NCBI GenBank assembly: GCA_016935555.1
Contig: JAFGQR010000129.1
Location: forward strand, 13,867-77,866
From: Verrucomicrobiota bacterium
Lineage (GTDB): Bacteria > Verrucomicrobiota > Verrucomicrobiia > Limisphaerales > JAFGQR01
DNA: 64,000 nt
Reading direction: 5' to 3'
Shown here: piece after piece, positions 48,263 to 57,892 of the stretch
Position numbering within the stretch: position 1 is the stretch's first letter
Layout: every line of letters starts with the position of its first letter
Notes under the pieces: generated by a model
What the model saw: only the letters and a program-made list of their open reading frames with translations
Database searches by the model: none
What the model was told of the DNA's origin: nothing
Program-made: the position numbers and the translations under genes

Positions 48263-49618
48263 ATGCTGAACCACCTCTGGCTGGCCCTGATGGTCCTGGC
48301 CGTGCTCATCGGCGGGTTCACCGGCCGGGTCCAAGCCGTCGTCCAGGGCGCCGTCGACAGCGCCGCCTCCGCCGTCACCCTCGCCCTGGGCCTGATCGGA
48401 ATCATGGCGTTATGGCTGGGCGTCATGCGCCTCGCCGAAAAAGCCGGCCTCATCCAAACCCTCGCCCGGGCCCTGCGCCCGGTCTTGCGCTGGCTCTTTC
48501 CGGACGTGCCCGCGCAGCATCCGGCCATGGGGGCGATTGTCATGAATCTCGCCGCCAACATGCTCGGCCTGATCAACGCCGCCACTCCGCTCGGCCTGCG
48601 CGCCATGAAGGACCTCGAAAGCCTCAACCCGCGTCCGGGCACGGCGACCGACGCCATGTGCACCTTTCTCGCCATCAACACCAGCTCCGTCCAGCTCATC
48701 CCCATGTCGGCCGTCGCCATCCTCGCCGCCGCCGGCGCCACCCATCCCTCGGCGATCATCGGCACCGCGTTTCTGGCCACGCTCTGCTCGACCGCCGCCG
48801 GGATTGCCGCGGTCAAAACCCTCCAGCGCCTGCCACGCTTCCGGCTGGCGCCCCTGCCGCCGACTCCGCACATCCCGGACCCCCAGGCCGCCCCCGGCGC
48901 AGTCGCAGGCGCGGATGCGGTTTCGGACCGGCCGGCCGCCGCGCCTTTGCCGGCGCCGTGGATTCCGGGCTCGCGCCTGGTCCTGGCCGGGTTTGGGGCG
49001 TGTTTTGTCTGGTTTTTCCTGGCGCTGAGCTGCCCCGAATGGACGGGCCAGCCCGCTCTCGAATCCATGGCGGGCCAGCGTCCGCTGGTCCGCGGGGTCA
49101 ACGCGCTCTCGCTGCTGGCCATCCCTTTCCTCGTCGGCTTCTTCCCGCTCTGCGCCGCCCTGCGCCGCATCCCGGTCTACGAGGAATTTGTCGAAGGCGC
49201 CAAGGAAGGGTTCGACGTGGCGGTGCGGATCATTCCGTTTTTGGTGGCGATGCTGGTGGCGATTGGGATGTTTCGCGGGGCTGGGGGGGTGGACCTGATG
49301 AGCCGGGCGCTGCAACCGGTGCTGGACGGGGTGCACTTTCCGGCGGAACTGGTGCCGATGGCCCTGGTGCGGCCCCTGAGCGGCAGCGCGTCTGTGGCGC
49401 TGCTGTCGGACCTGGCACGGCAGTTTGGCGGGGACAGCCTGGTGGCGAGGATGGCGGGGACGCTTTTGGGGAGCACGGAGACGACGCTGTATGTGGTGGC
49501 GGTCTATTTCGGCGCGGTGGGGGTGAAACGCACGCGGCACGCGGTTGCGGCGGGGCTGATTGCCGACGCGGTGGGGGTGGTGGCGGCGGTCGCGGTTTGC
49601 CGCATGGTGTTCGCGTGA
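48263..49618 (+). CDS. Nucleoside-recognition-domain membrane protein (SpmA/SpmB-like fusion)
   Basis: The SpmA-like N-half (LWLGVMRLAEKAGLIQTLARALRPVLRWLFPDVP...MNLAANMLGL) is joined by a Pro/Ala linker to a SpmB-like C-half. Confidence 0.75.
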   Translation: MLNHLWLALMVLAVLIGGFTGRVQAVVQGAVDSAASAVTLALGLIGIMALWLGVMRLAEKAGLIQTLARALRPVLRWLFPDVPAQHPAMGAIVMNLAANMLGLINAATPLGLRAMKDLESLNPRPGTATDAMCTFLAINTSSVQLIPMSAVAILAAAGATHPSAIIGTAFLATLCSTAAGIAAVKTLQRLPRFRLAPLPPTPHIPDPQAAPGAVAGADAVSDRPAAAPLPAPWIPGSRLVLAGFGACFVWFFLALSCPEWTGQPALESMAGQRPLVRGVNALSLLAIPFLVGFFPLCAALRRIPVYEEFVEGAKEGFDVAVRIIPFLVAMLVAIGMFRGAGGVDLMSRALQPVLDGVHFPAELVPMALVRPLSGSASVALLSDLARQFGGDSLVARMAGTLLGSTETTLYVVAVYFGAVGVKRTRHAVAAGLIADAVGVVAAVAVCRMVFA

Positions 49619-49645
49619 GGGCGGGGAGGGGGCGTGAGGCCGGAC

Positions 49646-50833
49646 TCAGCGTTTGCCAGGAAGGCGGGCGACGAAGCGTGCGATCCGTTCCACGGCGAGT
49701 TCAAGTTGATCCATCGCGGTGGCGAAGCAGCAGCGCAGATGGCCCTCGCCGCTCGGGCCGAAGGCGGACCCCGGAACGCAGGCGACGCGTTCCTGTTCAA
49801 GCAATCCGACGGCGAACTCTTTCGAGGACAGGCCGGTGGAGGCGACGCAGGGGAAGGCATAGAAGGAACCGCGGGGCAGGCGGCATGGGAGGCCGAGGGT
49901 GTTGAGGGCGTTGACCAGAAAGTTGCGGCGCAGGCGGTACTGATCGCGCATTTCGCGGGTGTCACGCTCGCCGGACTGGATGGCTTCGAGGGCGGCTTCC
50001 TGGCTGATGATGCTGGCGCAGAGCATCGAGTATTGGTGGATTTTCATCATGGCTTCGATGAGTTCGGGCGGGCCGCAGGCATAGCCGACGCGGAATCCGG
50101 TCATGGCATAGGCTTTGGAGAAGCCGTGGAGGAAGAGGGTGCGCTCGGCCATGCCGGGCAAGGCCGCGATGCTGACGTGGTCGCCCTCGAACGTGAGCGC
50201 GGAATAGATTTCGTCGGTGATCACCACCAGGTGGTGGCGCAGAACCAAATCGGCAATCCGCTGGAGTTCCTCGCGGACCATGGTGCCGCCGGTGGGGTTG
50301 GTGGGGAAATTCAGCACCAGCACCTTGCTGCGGGGCGAGAGGGCTTTCTCGATCGCGCTGGCGCTCAGGGCGAACCCGGCCTCGGCCTTGCAGGACACCG
50401 CGACGGGCACCCCGTGGGTCATCGCAATGCCCGGCGCGTAGCTCACGTAACACGGCTCGTGGTAAATCACTTCGTCGCCAGGATTGATCAGCGCCCGGAA
50501 CGCCAGGTCCATCGCCTCGCTGACGCCGACGGCGATGAGCACCTGGTTGACCGGGTTGTAGGCGACCCCAAAGGCGCCGGCCACATGGGCCGCGATCGCT
50601 TCGCGCAGCTTCATCAGACCCAGGTTCGACGTGTAACTGGTCCGCCCCCGTTCCAGGGCGTAAATCGCCGCCTCGCGGATGTGCCACGGCGTCACAAAAT
50701 CCGGTTCGCCAATCCCCAGCGAAATCACATCCTGCTTGCCCTGCACAATGTCGAAAAAATCCCGAATCCCGGAGCGCGGAATTCCCCGGACACTCGCCGC
50801 AATGAAATCCTGGGCATGAAATGATGCCGACAT
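49646..50833 (-). CDS. Pyridoxal-phosphate-dependent aminotransferase, class I/II (aspartate/aromatic type)
   Basis: LGIGEPDF, NPTG, and the SFSKAYAMTGFRVGY PLP-lysine block. Confidence 0.85.
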   Translation of the reverse strand: MSASFHAQDFIAASVRGIPRSGIRDFFDIVQGKQDVISLGIGEPDFVTPWHIREAAIYALERGRTSYTSNLGLMKLREAIAAHVAGAFGVAYNPVNQVLIAVGVSEAMDLAFRALINPGDEVIYHEPCYVSYAPGIAMTHGVPVAVSCKAEAGFALSASAIEKALSPRSKVLVLNFPTNPTGGTMVREELQRIADLVLRHHLVVITDEIYSALTFEGDHVSIAALPGMAERTLFLHGFSKAYAMTGFRVGYACGPPELIEAMMKIHQYSMLCASIISQEAALEAIQSGERDTREMRDQYRLRRNFLVNALNTLGLPCRLPRGSFYAFPCVASTGLSSKEFAVGLLEQERVACVPGSAFGPSGEGHLRCCFATAMDQLELAVERIARFVARLPGKR

Positions 50834-50895
50834 GACGGGATAGGAAACGGCGAAAACCCGAAACGGAAAAGATAAAAGTGCGGGCCGGAGCGCGG

Positions 50896-52176
50896 CTACG
50901 CGGCCTTGCTGTTTTTGCGGCGGATCACGGGTTTGCCCTGGCCGAGGACGACGTCGCGGGTGATTTCGACGGAGGCGATGTCGCTGCTGCCGGGGACGTC
51001 GTACATGACGTCGAGCATGATGTGCTCGAGCAAGGCGCGCAGGGCGCGGGCGCCGGTGCTTTTCTTGATGGCCTGGACGGCGAGTTCGCGGAGGGCGTCG
51101 GGGGCGAACTCGAGTTCGACGCCTTCGAGGGACATGAGTTTGGCGTATTGTTTGACGAGGGCGTTCTTGGGTTCGGTGAGGATGGAGACGAGGTGGTCGA
51201 CGGTGAGCGGTTCGAGGACGGTGACCATGGGGAGGCGTCCGACGAATTCGGGGATGAACCCGTAGGCCAGGAGGTCATCGGCCTCGACATGGTGAAGGAT
51301 GTCCATGCGCTGGGCATCGGCCGCTTTCGCGTGGGCGTCGGGGGCGCCAAAGCCCATGACGCGATGGCCGAGGCGGCGCTGGACGATTTGCTCGAGCCCG
51401 ACGAAGGCGCCGCCGCAGATGAAGAGGATGCCGGTGGTGTTGACGCGGATGTACTCCTGTTGGGGGTGTTTGCGCCCGCCCTGGGGGGGGACGTTGCAGA
51501 TGGTGCCTTCGAGGATTTTGAGCAGGGCCTGCTGGACGCCTTCCCCGGACACATCGCGGGTGAGGGAGGGGCTGTCGGACTTGCGGGCGATCTTGTCGAT
51601 TTCGTCGATGTAGACGATGCCACGCTGCGCGCGCTTGACATCGTAATCGGCGTTTTGGAGCAGGCGCAGAATGATGTTCTCGACATCCTCGCCGACGTAG
51701 CCGGCCTCGGTGAGCGTGGTGGCGTCTGCAATCGCGAAGGGCACGTCGAGAAACCGCGCCAGGGTCCGGGCCAGCAGCGTCTTGCCGGAGCCGGTATTGC
51801 CGATGAGCAGGATGTTGCTTTTTTCAATTTCGACCTCGCCGGTGCGGGGAGTTCCCCACTCTTCCTGGACGCGGTTGGAGCCTTCCTGGAGAATCCGCTT
51901 GTAGTGGTTATGGACGGCGACCGCGAGGGTCTTCTTGGCGTGATCCTGTCCGATGCAGTGCTCGTCGAGGAACTTCCGGATTTCGGCGGGTTTGGGGACG
52001 TTGGTGGCGATGGGCGCCTTTTTGGTTTCGGCGAGCAATTCCTTGTCGAGGACGCTCTTGCAGAGGAGCACGCAGCTGTCGCAGATGTAGACGCCGGGGC
52101 CGGCGATGAGCTTTTTCACTTCGGCGTGGGATTTGCCGCAGAAACTGCAGAGGGTCATGTTGGTTGGGCGTGACAT
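50896..52176 (-). CDS. clpX: ATP-dependent Clp protease ATP-binding subunit ClpX
   Basis: Zn-binding CSFCGK...CDSC, Walker [12 protein letters not shown], and [10 protein letters not shown]. Confidence 0.97.
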   Translation of the reverse strand: MSRPTNMTLCSFCGKSHAEVKKLIAGPGVYICDSCVLLCKSVLDKELLAETKKAPIATNVPKPAEIRKFLDEHCIGQDHAKKTLAVAVHNHYKRILQEGSNRVQEEWGTPRTGEVEIEKSNILLIGNTGSGKTLLARTLARFLDVPFAIADATTLTEAGYVGEDVENIILRLLQNADYDVKRAQRGIVYIDEIDKIARKSDSPSLTRDVSGEGVQQALLKILEGTICNVPPQGGRKHPQQEYIRVNTTGILFICGGAFVGLEQIVQRRLGHRVMGFGAPDAHAKAADAQRMDILHHVEADDLLAYGFIPEFVGRLPMVTVLEPLTVDHLVSILTEPKNALVKQYAKLMSLEGVELEFAPDALRELAVQAIKKSTGARALRALLEHIMLDVMYDVPGSSDIASVEITRDVVLGQGKPVIRRKNSKAA

Positions 52177-52252
52177 GCGATTGGCGAGCTACGGGGTTGA
52201 CAGATGTCGTTCCATCAGCAGGCAGTGGGCGAACGCTCCATGGGCCCGGGGT

Positions 52253-52897
52253 TCATGATTGTTTGGGGTCGTTGCCATCGAGACCGGGGACTTCCTTGCG
52301 GGAGACCACGACATGGTCGACCAGGCCGTAGGCTTTGGCGTCTTCGGCGGACATGAAACGGTCGCGGTCGGTGTCCTTGGCAATGGCGTCGACGGTCTTG
52401 CCGCAGTGTTTGGCAAGGATGGCGTTGATGCGGTCTTTGAGCCGGAGGATTTCCTGGGCCTGGATGCTGATGTCGGTGGCTTGGCCCTGGACGCCGCCCC
52501 AGGGTTGGTGGACCATGATGCGCGCGTTGGGCAGGGCGAAGCGTTTGCCCTTGGCACCCGCGGCGAGCAGCACCGCGCCCATGCTGGCCGCCTGCCCGAT
52601 GCAGTAGGTGTTCACATCGCACGTCATGAATTGCATGGTGTCGTAAATCGCCAGGCCCGACGTCACACTGCCGCCCGGCGAGTTGATGTACAGATGAATG
52701 TCCTTTTTCGGATCGGTCATTTGCAGAAAGAGCAACTGGGCAATGATCGCGTTAGACACCATGTCGTCCACCCCCGTGCCCAGAAAAACAATCCGGTCCA
52801 CCAGCAACCGCGAGTAAATGTCGTACGCGCGCTCTCCGCGCCCCGTTTGCTCGACGACGTAAGGAATGAAGCTTTGAGATGGCGAGCCATTTTGCAT
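52253..52897 (-). CDS. clpP: ATP-dependent Clp protease proteolytic subunit
   Basis: [37 protein letters not shown], and MVHQP. The start was chosen at MQNGSP. Confidence 0.95.
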   Translation of the reverse strand: MQNGSPSQSFIPYVVEQTGRGERAYDIYSRLLVDRIVFLGTGVDDMVSNAIIAQLLFLQMTDPKKDIHLYINSPGGSVTSGLAIYDTMQFMTCDVNTYCIGQAASMGAVLLAAGAKGKRFALPNARIMVHQPWGGVQGQATDISIQAQEILRLKDRINAILAKHCGKTVDAIAKDTDRDRFMSAEDAKAYGLVDHVVVSRKEVPGLDGNDPKQS

Positions 52898-53222
52898 TGG
52901 TGTAACCAACGTAACGAACGCGCCGCCAAGCGTCAAGCGTGGCACACCCCATCCAAAGCATCCGTAAATCCCTTAGGCTTCAGGGTCTTTCCACGATCCG
53001 GCGAGCCCTTTTGCCCCAGGCTCCGGCCCGCCTCCCGCAGCGGGCACCGGCTCTCAACAACGGCCCGCTCAAAGGCCGTGGGCCGTCGGGGGCGGCTCGG
53101 ATCACCGCGTGGAGCGCCGGGCGCCCCGGCGCGCGGCGGCAAAGCCGGTTTTTCTGATTGACTCCCCAAGATGCAGTATGCTAGCAGGCCCCAGCCACAT
53201 TGGGTGGTGGTGGAACAAAGTT

Positions 53223-53708
53223 ATGCGCTGTCCCAAGTGCGGATGCCAGGAAGACAAGGTCATTGACTCGAGGGCGTCGCGGGAAGGTGCCGCCATTCGG
53301 CGGCGCAGGGAATGTGTTGCCTGCGGCCACCGGTATACGACCTATGAGCAGATCGAGCGGCCGCGGCTGATGGTTTCAAAGCGGGACGGGCGGAGGGAGG
53401 AATTCGACAAGGAGAAACTGTTGCGCGGCATTGAGAAGGCGTGCCAGAAACGTCCGGTCAGTCCGGAGGAGATTGACACGCTGACGGAGGGGATTGTGAA
53501 CGATTTGGCGCAGGCATTCGATCGCGAGGTTCCCTATGCGGCGATCGGGCTGCGGGTCATGGAAGCGCTGCGCACGTTGGACGCCGTGGCCTATGTGCGG
53601 TATGCGAGCGTCTACCGGCGGTTCGACGAAGCCACCGATTTTGTGCAGGAAGTCAAGAAACTCGAGAAGCCTTATGATACGCTTACGGCGCGACTGCCTG
53701 GTATTTGA
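53223..53708 (+). CDS. nrdR: Transcriptional repressor NrdR
   Basis: MRCPKCGCQEDKVIDSR...RRRECVACGHRYTTYE zinc ribbon, followed by an ATP-cone. Confidence 0.9.
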   Translation: MRCPKCGCQEDKVIDSRASREGAAIRRRRECVACGHRYTTYEQIERPRLMVSKRDGRREEFDKEKLLRGIEKACQKRPVSPEEIDTLTEGIVNDLAQAFDREVPYAAIGLRVMEALRTLDAVAYVRYASVYRRFDEATDFVQEVKKLEKPYDTLTARLPGI

Positions 53709-54228
53709 GTCGGGCGGCGACGCCAAGCCGGTTCCGGCGCAGCACATCACGCTCGAACTGGTGGGGGCGGCGGCGCAGCAACTGGACGAGACCACCCTTC
53801 GCAATGTCGCGCAAGGCGTGCTCTACTATTTCAAGGAGGAACTCGGACAGGAAACCGTGACCGCCAAGGAATTTGCTGGCGCCCTGGAAAAGGCCCTCCA
53901 CGGCCTGGGCTTCGAAACCCAGACGACCGCCCTCCACGACGAACCACCCCGGGTCGCCGAAGCCGACTTGTGCGGACTGGCCGACGACCCCGGCGGCGCC
54001 CTGGAACTCGCCTTTTTCTCCCGGCTGCGGATGGAGTTGCGCCGGCAACTGGCGCGTTCGCCCCGGCTGCTGCGGTTTCGCGGGCTGCGCAGGTGCGTCA
54101 AGCAACTGACCGGTGCCAGGCGATGGAGTGCGCGGTGCCAGGGATTGAACGACCAGATTGTGGATTACCTGCGCACCTGTCTGAGCGCCGAGCCCGCCCG
54201 CGACGCGTGCGCGATGGTGGTGGAGTGA
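53674..54228 (+). CDS. Hypothetical protein (184 aa), overlapping the nrdR 3' end
   Basis: Internal ATG of ORF 53536..54228. A protein-like translation begins at MIRLRRDCLVFESGG... No motif is recognised. Confidence 0.5.
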   Translation: MIRLRRDCLVFESGGDAKPVPAQHITLELVGAAAQQLDETTLRNVAQGVLYYFKEELGQETVTAKEFAGALEKALHGLGFETQTTALHDEPPRVAEADLCGLADDPGGALELAFFSRLRMELRRQLARSPRLLRFRGLRRCVKQLTGARRWSARCQGLNDQIVDYLRTCLSAEPARDACAMVVE

Positions 54229-54265
54229 CGCAGCTCCGGCGCCGGGGCCGGCAGGGGCGGTCCGG

Positions 54266-55855
54266 TCAAACCAGCGGCAGCAGCTTCGAGCCGAGCAGAC
54301 AGGTTGCCAGGCCCGCCACCGAGTTCACGGTCACCACCACCGTCCAGCTCTTGAGGCTCTCCTGCTCGGTAAACCCGCTCAGCCGCGTCACCACCCAGAA
54401 CCCGCTGTCGTTCATCCACGACAACACGGTGCCGCCGCAGCCAATGGCGGCGAAAATGTAGATCGGGTGGTAGGGCAGGGGAACAGACGCCATGATCGGA
54501 TACACGATGGCCGCCGCCGTCAGCATCGCCACGGTGGCCGACCCTTGGGCGACCCGGATCACCGCCGCAATCAGCCATGCCAGCAGAATCAGGTTCAGAT
54601 TCCTCCCCCGCGTCAGCGCCTCGATGCTCCCGCCGACACCCGCGTGCTGCAGCATCAGACCAAAGGCGCCTCCGGCGCTGGTGATGAGGATGATCATGCC
54701 GGCTGTCTCCAGCGCCGGCGCGATGAGGCGGGCAACCCCGGCGAGGGTCAGGCCGCGCTGGCGCATCAGCAGCGCGACGCCTGCCACCATGCCCACCACC
54801 AGCGCCATGTTGCGGTTGCCCAGAAACTCGACTGCCGCGTACAGGTCCGGGTGCCGGGTGTTCATGCCCTGGAGGGCGGCGAACGTTGAGGCCAGGGCAA
54901 TCAGCCCCAGCGGCAGCAACACCGGCACCACCGACCATGAAAACGATGGCAGCTCCGACTCCGGCTTCTGGGCGATGGCGCGCAGGTCCTCTGACGACGC
55001 CCCGCTGGTTTCGCGCAGGGGGATGGTCAGGCGCCGGTTCAGCCAGCGGGCCACCGTCCACGACGCGGCCACCGGGAGGATGCCGAGGAGGGCGCCGGCG
55101 ATCATGGTCAGCCCGGGATCGAGGTGGAGGGCTTCGGCCATGGCGAGCGGGCCGGGATGGGGCACGCAGAGGGCGTGGGTCATGGTGCCGGCGCAGCAGA
55201 TCGCCATCACGTAGAGCAGGTAATCCTTGCCGGTCCGCAGCGCCAGGGCCCGGGCAATCGGCAGCACCAGCATGAAATAGGTGTCGAAAAAAATCGGGAT
55301 CGACAGCAGGTAGCCGCTCGTCAGCAGCGCCACCCCCGCCCGCCGCTCGCCCATCACCGCCAGAAATCGCCGCACCACCTTGTCCGCCGCCCCGCTCTCC
55401 ATCAGACACAGGCCAATGATCGACGCCAGCGCAATTACCAGCGCGATCTTCCCCGCCGTCTCCCCCAGCGCCGCCGCCGTCAGCTCCACCGCCTGAACCG
55501 CGTGCCGCGCCGTCTTCTGCCCGGGCAACGTGATCCGGGTTTCGGACGACTCGAGGCTTCCCGGAGCCGGGGTGTCTGCCGCCGGGGCGACCACCACGGC
55601 GCCGGCCTCATGGGTCGAAATCACCATCGTGACATTGGTGATCACGCTGGTCCGCACCGTTTCCCCGGGCAGCGTCCCGACCGGCGTCAACCACCCGGCC
55701 ACCATCGCGGCCAGGATCAGCGCCAGAAACGCATGCACGCGCACCACGGTGATCAACACCACGATGAACGCCACCGCCATGGCCAGTATCGCGAATGGCC
55801 ACAGGCTGACCGAATCGCCGACGGCCCCCGTCGCAAAGCACAGGTCGGGCAACAT
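54266..55855 (-). CDS. GntP-family (gluconate/organic acid:H+) permease
   Basis: LMESGAADKVVRRFL, LLSIPIFFDTYFMLVLPIA, and C-terminal WMNDSGFWVV blocks, all typical of GntP. A roughly 60-aa insert follows TM2. Confidence 0.8.
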   Translation of the reverse strand: MLPDLCFATGAVGDSVSLWPFAILAMAVAFIVVLITVVRVHAFLALILAAMVAGWLTPVGTLPGETVRTSVITNVTMVISTHEAGAVVVAPAADTPAPGSLESSETRITLPGQKTARHAVQAVELTAAALGETAGKIALVIALASIIGLCLMESGAADKVVRRFLAVMGERRAGVALLTSGYLLSIPIFFDTYFMLVLPIARALALRTGKDYLLYVMAICCAGTMTHALCVPHPGPLAMAEALHLDPGLTMIAGALLGILPVAASWTVARWLNRRLTIPLRETSGASSEDLRAIAQKPESELPSFSWSVVPVLLPLGLIALASTFAALQGMNTRHPDLYAAVEFLGNRNMALVVGMVAGVALLMRQRGLTLAGVARLIAPALETAGMIILITSAGGAFGLMLQHAGVGGSIEALTRGRNLNLILLAWLIAAVIRVAQGSATVAMLTAAAIVYPIMASVPLPYHPIYIFAAIGCGGTVLSWMNDSGFWVVTRLSGFTEQESLKSWTVVVTVNSVAGLATCLLGSKLLPLV

Positions 55856-56032
55856 GAGACGCTAGTCCACCCGGAAAGCCCTCCCGGGTCAAGCCGGGAC
55901 CGCCCGGGCGCCTCGGGACCTCGACAGCGGGGGCGGGTGGATGACTTCAATCCGGCTTCCGCGCGTTGGGCGGCGCGGGGAAAAGCTTGGTGGCGGGGGC
56001 ATCCGGGGATAGAGTGGTGGCCATGAACATGC

Positions 56033-57802
56033 ATGGTGGTGGCGGAGAGCATGGCCAGCGGCTTTGAACGGCCGGGTGGAGGCGTGTGGCCGGTGTGGCT
56101 GCTGGCGCGGGTCAACGCCCTGACCTTGTGGCGGCGGTTCAAGGCGGTTGCGGAGCAGTCGCGTCTGCTGGCGGTGGTGATTCTGGGTTTTATTGGGGGG
56201 TACCTGGTGGTGGCGTTCTGGCTGTTTTATGTGGCGCTGCGTTTCGTGCAGCGGTTTCCGGGGCTGGGCTTGATCCTGACAGAGCGTTTGCTGTTCCTCT
56301 TGTTTGCCTTTCTGTTCGTGTTGTTGCTCCTGAGCAACCTCATCATCGGGTACACCAACCTGTTTCGGAACCGGGAGACGGCGTATTTGGTGGGCCTGCC
56401 GATTTCGGCGGCGAGCATTTTCCGATGGAAGTATGTCGAGTCGACGCTGGTGGCGTCGTGGGCGTTTCTGTTTTTGATAGCGCCGCTGCTGGCGGCTTAT
56501 GGACTGACGCGGGGGGTGCGATGGCATTTTTACCCGGCAACCGTGGTGGCGGTGGGGTTGTTCATCGTCCTGCCGGCGGTGGCGGGGGCATGGACGGCGG
56601 TAAGCGTGGCGCGGCGTTTGGATCGCCGGATGTTCCAGGTGCTGGCAGTGGTGGGGGTGGCGGCGCTGCTGGCGGCGGCGGCGTGGTGGTTTCGCCCGGC
56701 GCCCGTCGCGCTGGAGAGCACGGACACCCGGGTGCTGGCGGTGCTGGACCGGTTGCTGGGCCGGACGCACTTTGCGCAGCACCCGCTGCTGCCGAGCTGC
56801 TGGCTTTCGTGGAGCGTGCAGTTGTGGGCGGAGGGGGCGATTCGGGCGGCGGTTTATTATGGGCTGGTGCTGCTGAGCTACGCGCTGTTCTTCACGACGC
56901 TGGCGTTCCGCCGGTTGGGGGGGCCGTTTTACGAGGCCTTCTCCACGGTGCAGAGCCGGGGCAGCGTGTTTGCGCGCTGGGGCTGGTTCCAGGCGCACCA
57001 GCAACGCCTGGAAGATCACACCTGCCGGCCCGGCCCGGCCGAACGCGCCGTGCGGCATCTGGAGTTTTTGCGGCCCGATGTGCGCGCGCTGGTGGTGAAG
57101 GATGCCCGGATGTTCTGGCGGGACACCACGCAATGGGCGCAATCGCTGATGCTGTTCGGGTTGCTGGGCGTGTACATCTTCAACCTGCGGCATTTTTCCC
57201 AGCAGCTGGGCAGCCCGTTCTGGATTCACCTGGTGTCGTATTTGAACCTGGGGGCGTGCTCGCTGAACCTGGCGACGCTGACGACGCGGTTTGTATTTCC
57301 GCAATTCTCCCTCGAAGGCAAGCGGCTTTGGATCATTGGGTTGGCGCCGATGGGCCTCGAGCGTCTGGTGCAGGTGAAATACTGGCTCGCCACGGGCAGC
57401 TCGCTCGTCGTCACCGTCACGCTTATCCTGCTGTCGTGTCACATGCTCGATATGCGCGGCCTGGACACGCTGTTTTTTGTGGCCGCGGTGGCGGCGATGA
57501 CCTTCACGCTGAACGGCCTGTCGGTGGGGCTGGGCGTGCTCTACCCCAATTTCAAGGAGGACAACCCCACCAAGATCGTCAGCGGATTCGGCGGGACCTT
57601 CTGCCTGGTGCTCAGCTTCCTCTACATCCTCGCGTCCGTGGTCCTGCTCGCCTTCTCCAAACCCTGGACGGCGTCCCACCCGCCCGCAACCGCGCGCGCC
57701 TTCGGTTGCGTGGCCGGGTTCCTGGCGCTGTCGGCGGTCCTGGGCTGGGTGCCCCTCCGGTTTGGGTTCCGTCGGTTGCGGTCGTTCGAGGCGGGCATGT
57801 GA
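56033..57802 (+). CDS. Hypothetical polytopic membrane protein (589 aa, 12 or more predicted TM helices)
   Basis: Hydrophobic helices run throughout. The layout is reminiscent of ABC-2/'putative ABC exporter' permeases, but there is no ATPase gene nearby and no motif I can name. Confidence 0.6.
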   Translation: MVVAESMASGFERPGGGVWPVWLLARVNALTLWRRFKAVAEQSRLLAVVILGFIGGYLVVAFWLFYVALRFVQRFPGLGLILTERLLFLLFAFLFVLLLLSNLIIGYTNLFRNRETAYLVGLPISAASIFRWKYVESTLVASWAFLFLIAPLLAAYGLTRGVRWHFYPATVVAVGLFIVLPAVAGAWTAVSVARRLDRRMFQVLAVVGVAALLAAAAWWFRPAPVALESTDTRVLAVLDRLLGRTHFAQHPLLPSCWLSWSVQLWAEGAIRAAVYYGLVLLSYALFFTTLAFRRLGGPFYEAFSTVQSRGSVFARWGWFQAHQQRLEDHTCRPGPAERAVRHLEFLRPDVRALVVKDARMFWRDTTQWAQSLMLFGLLGVYIFNLRHFSQQLGSPFWIHLVSYLNLGACSLNLATLTTRFVFPQFSLEGKRLWIIGLAPMGLERLVQVKYWLATGSSLVVTVTLILLSCHMLDMRGLDTLFFVAAVAAMTFTLNGLSVGLGVLYPNFKEDNPTKIVSGFGGTFCLVLSFLYILASVVLLAFSKPWTASHPPATARAFGCVAGFLALSAVLGWVPLRFGFRRLRSFEAGM

Positions 57803-57892
57803 GTCTGAATCCGGGGGGAATCCCTCCCCCGCGAACATGGTTTCCGGCCGATCCGGCGGGCACGCGCCAGGACGGCCGTCCGCCGGGAAGCG

